The notes beneath the pieces are model-generated. The model was not told the DNA's origin. It made no database searches and saw only the letters and a program-made list of their open reading frames with translations. From assembly GCF_009914755.1 (NCBI RefSeq), contig NC_060936.1: 64,000 bases of DNA; one strand, 5' to 3'. Of this stretch, positions 1-59,884 are shown piece after piece. This DNA is from the human T2T-CHM13v2.0 reference genome, Homo sapiens. Numbering within the stretch: the first letter of the stretch is position 1; the number at the start of each line of letters is the position of its first letter. A program made the position numbers and the translations under genes.

Positions 1-216
1 TGCCAGGGGAGAAAGACTAGTTTTCAGGAGATCTCAAAATGGTTCATGAGCTTAAAATGATTTAAGAATAACTGGATTAGTACATGTATTCTCATGCTTA
101 GTTTTGTAATTGCTATAACAAAGAACTGAGTGCCACCAAGAGGCAACCTTAATATATTATGTTTTGCTTTTGCCTTATTGAATTTTTAGTTTAAAGTGAA
201 GTTGTATCCATGTTGA

Positions 217-19438
<19,222 letters not shown>

Positions 19439-19498
19439 AAATGGAATTTCTTCAGGAATCATATAAAGTTCCAAATGACACCAGAAAAATCACAAGTC

Positions 19499-19504
19499 AA
19501 TAAA
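19499..19504 (+). terminator. Candidate proximal PYROXD1 polyadenylation signal AATAAA
   Basis: AATAAA 60 nt after the PYROXD1 stop. Confidence 0.5.
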
Positions 19505-19615
19505 ATGAATGACTGTATTGAGTTAATGATGACCACACTGAAAATTACAGAAGTGATAATGATATTAGTGGAAAAATATAAAAACATAAATTCTAAGTTT
19601 GAAATCAGTTCAAAG

Positions 19616-19621
19616 TTTATT
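19616..19621 (-). terminator. Candidate distal RECQL polyadenylation signal AATAAA
   Basis: TTTATT on + strand, about 1.26 kb past the RECQL stop. Confidence 0.55.
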
Positions 19622-19950
19622 TATAGATATATCTTTCCAATACAACACTGACCGCTTAGATAAAAATCTTAAGTTATTTATTTCTGTGTTTTAAACATAA
19701 ATATGTTTACTTGTGATTTAGCTTTGGAGCAAATTTAGGTAAGTTATCTACTTAGCCAAATGTACTCTAGTAGACTAGAACCATTCTTTGTGAAATGTCA
19801 AAATATGGCTATGGTTTCAGGAACTTTAAAATCGGTTGTATTTTACTTTAAATAGAGATGTAGCAATATCTCGTTTGCTAATATTTATATTGATGACTTA
19901 CTCCTTTTTTGTTGAATTGTACTTCTGGTTTTATAACCTGAAATCATCTA

Positions 19951-20172
19951 CAAGCTTGTCCAACTCTAGCCCACGGGTCTAATGCAGCCCAGAACAGCTT
20001 TGAATGCAGCCCAACACAAATCTGTAAACTTTCTTAAAACATGAGATTTTTCTTGCAATTTTTTTTTTTTTAAGCTCATCAGCTATCGTCAGTGTTAGCA
20101 TATTTTATGTGCGGCCCAAGACAATTCTTCTTCCAATGTGGCTCAGGGAAGCCAAAAGATTGGACATCCCTG
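19951..20172. mobile_element. MER30-like hAT MITE in the 3'UTR region
   Basis: caagcttgtccaac...gggaagccaaaagattggacatccctg inverted termini. Confidence 0.75.
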
Positions 20173-20640
20173 ATCTACATATTTAACTTAAAGTATCACT
20201 CAGTGAACCTCTGTCAGTATAATATTGCTTTCAAAAAGATGGTTATGTCAAAAGAAAAAATATAGCTAAGTATATAAAGGCATAAAAAACTTAAGACAAT
20301 TACATGAACTTATTCTCAAATATTTTACATTTTTTGTAAACTTTCTTAAAACATGAGATTTTTCTTGCAATTTTTTTTTAAGCTCATCAGCTATCATCAG
20401 TGTTAGCATATTTTATGTGCGGCCCAAGACAATTCTTCTTCCAATGTGGCTCAGGGAAGCCAAAAGATTGGACATCCTTGATCTACATATTTAACTTAAA
20501 GTATCACTCAGTGAGCCTCTGTCAGTATAATATTGCTTTCAAAAAGATAGTTATGTCAAAAGAAAAAATACAGCTAAGTATATAAAGGCATAAAAAACTT
20601 AAGACGATTGTATGAACTTATTCTCAAATATTTTACATTT
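20023..20640. repeat. Tandem duplication, 2 x ~312 bp
   Basis: tgtaaactttcttaaaacatgag...ttttacattt starts at 20023 and again at 20335. Confidence 0.95.
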
Positions 20641-20876
20641 AAAGGGTTTTACATAAAAATTTTTCCCTTGTTTTATACTGGAAAATTATATAATTCATGA
20701 TCTCTAATTTTCAAACATTCTCAAAAGTTTAGATCTTCAGAGATAAGCTCTGAAAATATAGATCCATACATATAAAATATCTATGAAATTCTTTTAAAAA
20801 CTATTGTCTAACTACAAAAATAATGGCATATACATGCATAAACCATCTTTAATTAGAAAATTTAGTAACATTCATA

Positions 20877-50579
<29,703 letters not shown>

Positions 50580-52178
50580 TCTTTTTCTTTCCAAATTTGT
50601 TTCTAAAATAATCCAAATTTCTTTCTAAAAATAAAAGCACAACAGTGACAACAAGTTTTTAAAAATAGTACTATTAATGATGTTCACTCAACAGTAATCT
50701 GTCATTCCTAAGCACGGAAAATGTTAGAAAGTAAATTATATATTGCAGTGACCTTTCAAATAAGAACCACATGGTTCTTTTGACACTAATTTTTTATGGA
50801 AAACTCTATATTTCAGCTTAATAACCCACAACACTCAGAACGACTAACTCTCTAGATTTCAGAGAAGTGTCCAAAGTCACATAAACGTATACATGACAAA
50901 TACAGTAGCAATGACACTCAGCAAACATCCACAAGATACAAAGTGATGTAACAAAAAACAGCAAACATTCAACAGGTCTAGCACCAATTGCTATGTGACT
51001 AAATTACTATGTTAGGCAAAGTTGCATATGCTGTTCCTCCAAGCCTCTTTCCCTACCTGTAAAACTGGGAGGATGGCAATCTTATAAATAAGTTGGATAG
51101 ATTCAAATGTACCAGATTAAGCAAAATACATCAACATAAATAATAAAATTAATCATCTAACATTTTATTGAGCCCTTGCGTTAAAGAATTACAATATAAG
51201 CCCAATCTTAAAAGAGAAACTGGTATTCTACAGAAAAGCTAGATTTTCTAAGTTAGAGGTGGGGGGAGGGGAAAATGGTTTGTAATGATTTCTAAGTATC
51301 TATGAATGACTAAAACCTAAGCATGCATATGGACAAGTGGAAAATGGGGCTGGAGAGTAGAAACTTTAAATTCCCCATAATCCTAAAAACACCTCTTCTA
51401 TCTCTCTAATATGGACATTTTCTAAAACTAAGATGCTCTCCAAAAGTCACTTCTGCAACACCTATCCTTAGACTGCTGACCTTACGCCCTTTCTACACAG
51501 AATTCTGAAGCCACCACTAGGCCGGAAAGATAGGCTGACTCTTTTTTGCCTTGCTAAAGAATGTGGAATAACCACACCATTAAAAGAAGGCTAAATAGGA
51601 GAGTAAACCAAGGATTTCTAATTCTTGATCTATACAAACATCTCTTCACGTAATGAAAATGTAACATTCCTTCCATAGACTGTAAGGTCCTTTAGCAGGG
51701 CTGGGGTTCAATCTCTTCACCTTTGTATCCGCACAGCCCAGGAAAATGCCTTGATGTAGTGAGGGCTCAGGTTTGCTAAGGTAGCAGGGGCTGTTTCTAC
51801 CCTTATGAAAAGACACAGTCTATATCCAATTCTCCCCCACGATTTTAAATGACTCCTTTGATTATGCGGTTAAAAGACTGCTCCTTCCCAAAATGATGTG
51901 ATTTAACAGCAAAAGATATCTCAACATAAAATGTATCCAGAAATTGAACTACAGCAGGTCTGTCACTCAGCAGTATAAGCTAGGCATCCACAGGAAGAAT
52001 GTTACAGGGTGACAGCCAGTCATCAATGTTGGAGGAAACGCCACTGAGATACCATAGGCTAAATCCTCTCTCTCCCCGCCACCTGCATTTAGAGGCAATA
52101 GTAATTTAATATTAATAACGCCCGCCCTTCCGCTACTGTGAAGCAGGGGGTGGAAGAAGCATCCCCAGTAGTATTTAC

Positions 52179-52650
52179 CAACAAATGGCAGCTGCTAATA
52201 AACAGGCTTTGGTGGCCAATCCTCCTGCATGGAAAAGAATGGGGAGATCAGAAGACCGGTCAGCAGGCGAACGTGCCCCTAAAGGCCCGAGTTCTCAGAG
52301 CAGGGCAGTGATTAACTTTCCGGTTTCTCCTCCGCCAATGTGTGGGCGAAAGGAAGTGATCCGCTACAGACCGGCCTCGCCCTGCAGCAGGAAAGGGAAG
52401 GATGAAACAAAAAGCGCACACCCTTGACCCTTCAAAGCTGTAACAGTAGTTATCCCAGAGCCTCTCCCCACCGAGAAGCCCGGTCTAACTCTCCGGTGTT
52501 TGACTGTCCGGTGTCCGACTGTCCTGTGTCCGACTCTCCGATCTCCGACTCTCGGATCTCCGACACTAAAGCACCCAGGCCTCGAGCAGATCTTTCCGCT
52601 ACTCGGGAGTAAAATCTTCCCGCCAGCCAGCTGAGAGCATCCACCCTTCC
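52179..52650 (-). other. RECQL: RECQL non-coding exon 1 (5'UTR); 5' end approximate
   Basis: Donor TTG|gtaaat at 52179/52178, within the CpG island next to the CCAAT cluster; TSS not determinable from sequence. Confidence 0.6.
52489..52563. repeat. 15-bp tandem repeat x5 in RECQL exon 1 / promoter
   Basis: CTCTCCGGTGTTTGA CTGTCCGGTGTCCGA CTGTCCTGTGTCCGA CTCTCCGATCTCCGA CTCTCGGATCTCCGA. Confidence 0.9.
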
Positions 52651-52932
52651 GGGTCGGTCCGTTCAGCCAATCACAGATAACTCCCTTCTCTAATTGGTCA
52701 AGGGGTGTGGTCACCATGCGCGTCACCGAACAACATTACGAGTTATTGGTTGAGATTGGAAGCAGGTTTCGCCAATAGGAAGCGCTCTTAAAGCGGCAGT
52801 GAGGGTGGCTGCGTGTTTCCGGAAGACGTGGCGGCTCTCGCCTGGGCTGTTTCCCGGCTTCATTTCTCCCGACTCAGCTTCCCACCCTGGGCTTTCCGAC
52901 GTGCTGTCGCCGCTGTCCCCACCACTGCAGCC

Positions 52933-52957
52933 ATGATCTCCTTAACGGACACGCAGA
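52933..52957 (+). CDS. GOLT1B: GOLT1B exon 1 coding part
   Basis: gcagccATG ATC TCC TTA ACG GAC ACG CAG A|gtaagc. Confidence 0.93.
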
Positions 52958-55900
52958 GTAAGCACCTGCTCCGGGGCCCCCGCCTCGAGCCGCGCACACC
53001 CATCGCCCGGCTGGGTCTCGCCCCTCCGCCGGGGTCAATGAATGAAGCTCTGGGTTGGGGGCGGTGGCCTGCGAGACAGAGCTAGGGCTGCTGGCACCCT
53101 AAGGGGCTGCCTTCGGGATGCCGGGGCTAGACTTGGACTGGCGGACCTGACCTGGGAGAAGAGTCTGTGGGGCAGGGTGGGACGCCCTATGTTGGGAGGG
53201 GAGCTTTAGCCCAGAGTCTGTCTCATTCCAGGGTCGCGCTGATCTCCTCATCCCCAGTGAGATGGGCGCTTTGTTCTAGGGGCTTGCCACAAGAGAAAGT
53301 TTGCGTGGTGCCCGCGGCCCACTCTCGGGATCGTTTATGCGCATGACACACTTCGGGTCCTCTACAAGTCCCTGGCTGGCTGGTTATTTGGGAGGCGGTA
53401 TTTTAAATGTCACCTACAGTAGGCTCTTTTTGAAAATGTCCTTACGCTTAAATGTGGCATTTTGAATATTCGCTTTTTGCCAGTACTGTAAGCAACCTTT
53501 TAGAAGTCTCTTGAAACATTCTCACTTTTCTACCTGCTAAAGTTTCAAGCAGTAGAGAAAAGCCACTTTGTGTGCCATTAAAGGATATATTTCGTTAGTA
53601 TTGTATATTGTGCTTTGTGGCTTGTTTTATTATTTTAGCATCGCTCTCTGCCTGCCACAGAGTTCTCCAGGCCTATTTCATCTCTAAAGCTAGCATTGAT
53701 ATCGGTTTCCTTTTCTTTCATTATAATATTTCCACTTTCCTACTGCTTTTTGTTAATATTAATAATTTTTGTATTTATGTCTGCCCAAGCTCTGTACCTC
53801 ATATTTTGATGTTCATAAGAGTCTCTTTTTGTCTCACTTTGCTTTATCTGCCACGCCTTTCATTTCACTCCAGTTAACTCAGATTTTCAATATTTTAAGA
53901 CTTAAACAGTGAATTGAAGTGAAAAATAGAAGTTTATTTAAAATGCCCTATTTTAAAGTGGAGTCTTCTTGTGGAGATTCAAGTCATGGCAGACCAACTT
54001 CACAGAGCTTCTAAGGCCTCCTACACACACTGCCACCCCCCAATCAGGCTGTCTTCCCTCCTGAGGCTGGACTGGGGCTGCCTCTTGGGGCCACCTGCCC
54101 CAAGGTTGCCGCCCACTTTGGTCCATTGGCCTGGCCTGTTCTGATCAAAGAAAATAAAAGTGTAGTCTTGAGGGGATAGGAATCTAGTGTAATAATAATT
54201 ACTGGCAATTATATAAAGGTATTTTCTTTCAGTTAACCATGTGCTTTCATGTGAATCATTATGCATAATTCTTATAAGAGCCCTGTAAGGCTCACAGAAG
54301 CATGCCCCTTTCATAAGTTAAATGAGGCACAAAAGAAATTGAGTGCATGGTCAAAGAAAAAGTGACAGAAACAAAACTTGATCCCAGGTGTGCTGGCTCA
54401 GAAACCTTTTGCACTGTACCCCACTATCACCTAAGAAGACTTGATATAAACTTTATTTGAGATCTGAGAATAATCTGTGCATAGAAATTATATTTTTGAA
54501 GACTTAATATAGTGATGAGTGCCTGCTTTATAAAAACAAGAGAGTGGGTTTGGACTATGGGCATTCTCCCTGAGAAGCATTCTCCTCACTTCATTAAATT
54601 TTGTGAGGGCGATGAAATTTTACTCTTTGCTGTTCACTTGTCACATGTTTTAGGTGAAACAGTGGATTGAAACATAAAACGATTAGTGAACCAAATGCAT
54701 TTTGGATTTCAAATTGTGTTTGTGTGTGAGTGTGTTTAACTGCAGGGATTGGCCATCATTCAAGTGATTTGTCAGGATTATTCTGGGATTTTGGTTTTTA
54801 GAGAGTGGCCAAGCACTGCTCAGAGTAGAATAAATGGAAATTCATGATTATTTTAAGGCATTCTAGGACTTTCCTCACCGCCCCAAAAAAAGACAAGACT
54901 TATTCAGAGGGGCGGAGGAGGGGCATGCTGCCTCTAAATCTTCATTTCATCACATTGTCTAAAAGCCTAGTGTGATAATTGCATTCTCCAGTACAGTTAA
55001 TGTTCAATTGAATTCTTGCTTGACTTCTGTTTTTCAAAGGGTATGGTAAGAGAGACAATGCTGCTTTTAAAAAATTGTGAATAAGATATCAAAATGCTAA
55101 CAGTGTTTGCCATTAGATTATGCGTGTCTTTCCTTATACAATTTCCACAGTATGCTCCTTATGTTAGACAGATTCGTTTTATTAAATTGTTTTTATATTT
55201 TTTTTAACTTGTGGACAGTTTTTTAAACATGTGGGAGGAGTGAAGGAAGATAAGTTTGTTTTACTGGATATGATTCCGATGGGAAGAAGGCAGCTCTATG
55301 CAAGGCTTTTGATAGCCAGAGGGCTTATGAATGCATACAGATAGGGAAAAGGGGGATCCTGGAGGTGAGAAAAAGGCACAATGAGGCCAATTTGAGACTT
55401 TTGACCAGTGTGGATCAGGAGCTACTTGGCAATGTCATTGCCAGTACCAGTTGTGGCAAAGATGTTTTGGGCAATGTCTCCCGCTGGACTGTACTGGATA
55501 AAGTAGTGGAATATTTTGGTTCCCATGTTGTAGTTGTAGGACCATTGTCTGTGGAGTGAGAAGACTGGTTGAATGCTGACTTCACAGACTGTTGTACCTG
55601 CCTCCATACCACCAGCACCCACACACACATTTTTGCTGCTTCTATGATCAAGAACAAGTTACTGAATACCTCTAGGTCCATGGTTGCACATATGAACCAT
55701 AGGACCAGTGCTACCTTTTACCTCACAATTTTGTTAAATTATAAAATTTTTGTATAAACACTTCATAACACGGTAAACCATACTCAGAGATTGGCCTTTT
55801 TGACCGCAGTTAATTTTTAATAGTTCTACTTGGCTATGTTAGATAACAAGCTAATATTAAACTTGAATCCCCTAAAAGATGCGTCCCCCAGAAGTTCAGA

Positions 55901-58900
55901 ATACTCCAGTGTCCTTGAGTTTCACGTAACCAAACACCTTTAACCTAAAAAATAAAAATTCTGTGGGAAGAGGTATGGCATTAATGGTTAAGCACATGAG
56001 CTTTGGATTCAAAAGACCTTGGTTGGAATGCTTATCTAGAAGTGTGGCTTTAGGCAACTTAAGTCAACTCTCTAAACTTCAATTTCCTCCATCTTTAAAA
56101 GGATGTAATTATACCTGCATTCCAGTAGTATTGGAAGTATTAAGTTATATATAAGGTATGTGAAGCACTTCATAAGGCCTAATTCGTGGTAAATTCTCAG
56201 TACATAGTAGGTGTCTTTCCATATACCTTCCTTTCTAAAAACATCTCAGAATTTTTATGTAATCAAGGTTATTTGTGAAATGATAGAAATTAGTCATCTT
56301 CAACTAACAAAGCTGCCGATGTTTAATCCTAACTACTAAATAGTTATTTAATAGAATTTTACTTGCTCTTTTGTCCATATTTTCCTCTATGAAATTATGT
56401 CCACTATCCAAATAGTTAATTTGGTAAATTCTCTTAAGGCCTTTGATCATGAAAGTATCAGCCTCAAATTTTCATAGGAATGTGTGTTGAATTCACTTAA
56501 CTGGTGTATTTATAGACCAGGTACCTGAATTATTTTAGACTAACTTTGGGAACAAAAGGTGTCTGCAATGGAAGACACTAGTTATCAGGAAATTGAGCAG
56601 GTGGGGAATGTAGAAAAAGCTAAAGTTGATAAAAGTTTTCAAGTTATCAGAACATTTTATATGACTTAAGATTTTTTTAAGTAGCTGTGACCTAGATTTT
56701 AGCTTTCTGGAGCTGAGGCAAAAAAGTTAAGCAATAGATCAGAAATCAGTGATAGGGTATTTTAAATTGTGCTTCTAAAAATACGGTGGCTTCTACTCTG
56801 ACTCATCTGTATGCAGATTGTGCTTCTAGCTAAACTACGGATTAATGGCTATTTTCTAGAATCAAAACTAAAATGATCAAGGAGGTAACTCAGTGAATTG
56901 TGCTTTATAACATTAATAGAAGAGTACATCTGTCACCTTAGAAGTTAAGACTTTTCATACTAAAAAAATAAGACCTAGAGAATGCACAGTCAATAAAAGT
57001 ATTAATTTTATATACAAGATAAACATAGACTTTAAAGCTTACACCTCGTCTACCACTGTATATTCAGTACCTGGAACAGTTCCTTGCATCTGGCAGTTGA
57101 TCAACAATTCTTTGTTTTTTAATGAAACTAATGAAACATGAAAAACCTAGAATATTAATATTAGGTAAAACAGTATTCTTTGAAACTTCGGAGAGGTGAT
57201 TTTAGGACTCTAGACCAAATATTTAAGTAGATTTATAGTTTAGGTAAATTTGTAGATAAGTCCATAATAAGTAATCAAGAAATTAAAAGTGATGCCTGAC
57301 CTTCTGAAAATTTGGTTTTGAGAATACAAGCAGTATATAATTGGATAAAGGATATTGATTGTGCGGACCTACCATAACATTTCTAATGCAGTAAAGAAGG
57401 AATCAATTTTAAGAGGAAGAAAGAACTACAGATATTGTGCATTTAAATAATAATTATAGAATGTGAAAGGAGATAAGTAATTAAGGAAACCTATACATTT
57501 ATGTCTGATGCGAGAGAGCTTTTCAGGAGGAAAAAAACAAATTACATATTAAAACCAAAGGTTTAGAATCCCGATTTATCTTTTTTAGTATAGCTATGTC
57601 TGAGAAATGCTATCTCCCATATAAGGCTTAGAAATTTTCATTCATGTTTTAAATTTTGAAATAATTTGCTGATAATTAATTTGTTATAAGAGCTAAATAA
57701 ATGTCATTATGAAGTTAACCTGCAATGTTGGGTACCTGTTTTCTTATACCTATGAAAGGAAAACTGGAAAATTTTCTTAGTTTACAGGGATGTTAATGTG
57801 ACTTTAATTTTTCTCTACCCTTAACCATATACCTTATATTGCAGAAATTGGAATGGGATTAACAGGATTTGGAGTGTTTTTCCTGTTCTTTGGAATGATT
57901 CTCTTTTTTGACAAAGCACTACTGGCTATTGGAAATGTGAGTTTTTAAATATATATTTTAACTAAATTTATAAGGGAATTTTAACTACGAATGAATTATT
58001 ATCTGCTATTAAATTTGGGGAAAATAATTCACTATTACTCATAAGTAATTCCTGTTACATTCTCTATTTCCATCAGGAATGAAACCTGTCAGCTTTCTGT
58101 TTAAATAAAAGGTAAACACTTAATGAGGTTTTCTAATTCCATAACTACTCTGTTAAGTGTTTGTCATGAGATTTACAATAGATTAAATGAAGGCTGCCTC
58201 TAAATAGGAGTTCAAAATAGATGACTTGATAGTTTCATGTCTTGATAAATCACTAAAGTATTTTTACTTTAAACATCCAAGACTTCACATTTGATTCAGC
58301 TGCATAAGATAGATTTTTTTAACCTTTTTAAAAATATATATTTCTATGTTAATGGTTGACTTGCTTAGAAAGGGATCTATGTTGTTTATTTGGAATGTGT
58401 ACTATGCTATTCATGTGTGGAGGTTATGATCCAGAAATAAATAATAACCCTTCTAAGGTAGTGAAGACACTGTATGTGTGTGTGTGTGTGTGTGTATATA
58501 TATACACACACACATATATATTTGGGCTTTTAACTGGAAATGGGAAAAGATAAAGAATAGCAAAATTGTTCAAAATTGATGTCTTAATAAATGATAATAG
58601 CATTAGTATCCTAGAATATGAAGCTTAACCATTAGGCTTAATATGTATTTGTGCGAAATATTTTTCACTAAAGAATGTTAATGGGGAGGGCAAGTATTTG
58701 GAAAGAAAACCTGGGGAAAGCAAGCTCTTAATCCATCACCATTTCTTGTCCACAGAATACATTCAAAATATTTGAAAACACATGGTTGTATTTTTATTTC
58801 TGCTGCCACCAGATATTCTAGAATTTATAAAACTAGAATCTTCTTGGCTTCACGTTGTTTCTTCTGCTATCAACTTAGCCATGTCAATATTTCTCCCATC

Positions 58901-59851
58901 CATAGAAACTCCTGTAGCCTATGATGAATATTTCAGAACCAAGAGGAATACCCTTGGGTGACATATTTATGGGCAGCTTTCCTCTTTATGCCTTGCCAAC
59001 TCATCTGCTTGACTAAGCCTTCCTCATCCAGCTAAAACTAGGAAAACTACTGCAGACACAGATGCCCCTTGGTAACGTCTAATCTTTCTTTGTTTCTCTT
59101 TTTCTCCATTTAATCAAGATAGAAGAGGAATGAGACAAGTGGAACAAAGCTACAACTTTAAAATGCATAACCCACTCCTTGGTTCTGCTGCTTGGTTGTA
59201 CATTACAGTTCTGTCTGGCCAGTTGCCCACATTAAAAGCCAAACAAATGTGCTTCTTTTTTTATATTTAGCTTTGACTTTACGTTTAAAATTTATGCATT
59301 GTGTTTAATTACCTTTTCCGTGTTGTATTTTCTTTCTCTTTTAGGTTTTATTTGTAGCCGGCTTGGCTTTTGTAATTGGTTTAGAAAGAACATTCAGATT
59401 CTTCTTCCAAAAACATAAAATGAAAGCTACAGGTTTTTTTCTGGGTGGTGTATTTGTAGTCCTTATTGGTTGGCCTTTGATAGGCATGATCTTCGAAATT
59501 TATGGATTTTTTCTCTTGTTCAGGTAAGGCATATTATTGTCTCTTTCAGTAAATCAGTGTGTCAGATAGTTAGTACAAAAACTCAGATATTTGCATCAGT
59601 TGGAGTAAGATGATGATCATTTCCTTAAATGGAATTTTATTTAGGTTGAATCTTATAGATTTAGATGAAGCAACTATAAAAATGTTTTATCACATGTGAA
59701 TGATTGCCTAATGGTATAAATTATCTTGTTTTGTGAGCACAATAAAGTTTATTTTATTGGCATTTTAAGGCACCATCTTTATGTTGGATATTTGTATCAA
59801 CTAAATAGTGGTAGGTAGGTCGGTCGATCGATCAATCGGTAGGTAGGTAGG

Positions 59852-59884
<33 letters not shown>

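Larger units (their letters stand above)
52230..53400. promoter_or_regulatory. CpG island / bidirectional RECQL-GOLT1B promoter
   Basis: CpG-dense, GC-rich stretch in AT-rich DNA; five CCAAT/ATTGG boxes (52667, 52693, 52745, 52755, 52772); ETS-type TTCCGG at 52647 and palindromic TTCCGGAA at 52817; no TATA; divergent first exons. Confidence 0.88.

Noticed and set aside
52489-52563. CRISPR-like array
   Set aside because: Contiguous degenerate 15-mers without spacers, in a human CpG island, with no cas genes.
52667-52790. Canonical ERSE (CCAAT-N9-CCACG) in the CCAAT cluster
   Set aside because: None of the five CCAAT boxes is followed by CCACG at the 9-nt spacing.
52185-53085. ORFs 52185..52427, 52364..52726, 52424..52612 and 52813..53085 as extra genes
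   Set aside because: Open frames are expected in GC-rich CpG-island DNA; several use non-ATG starts, and the last just runs through GOLT1B exon 1 into its intron.
57815-57844. CCTTAAC before GOLT1B exon 2 as a U12 branch site
   Set aside because: The intron donor is GTAAGC (U2 type), and the motif also fits an ordinary U2 branch point.
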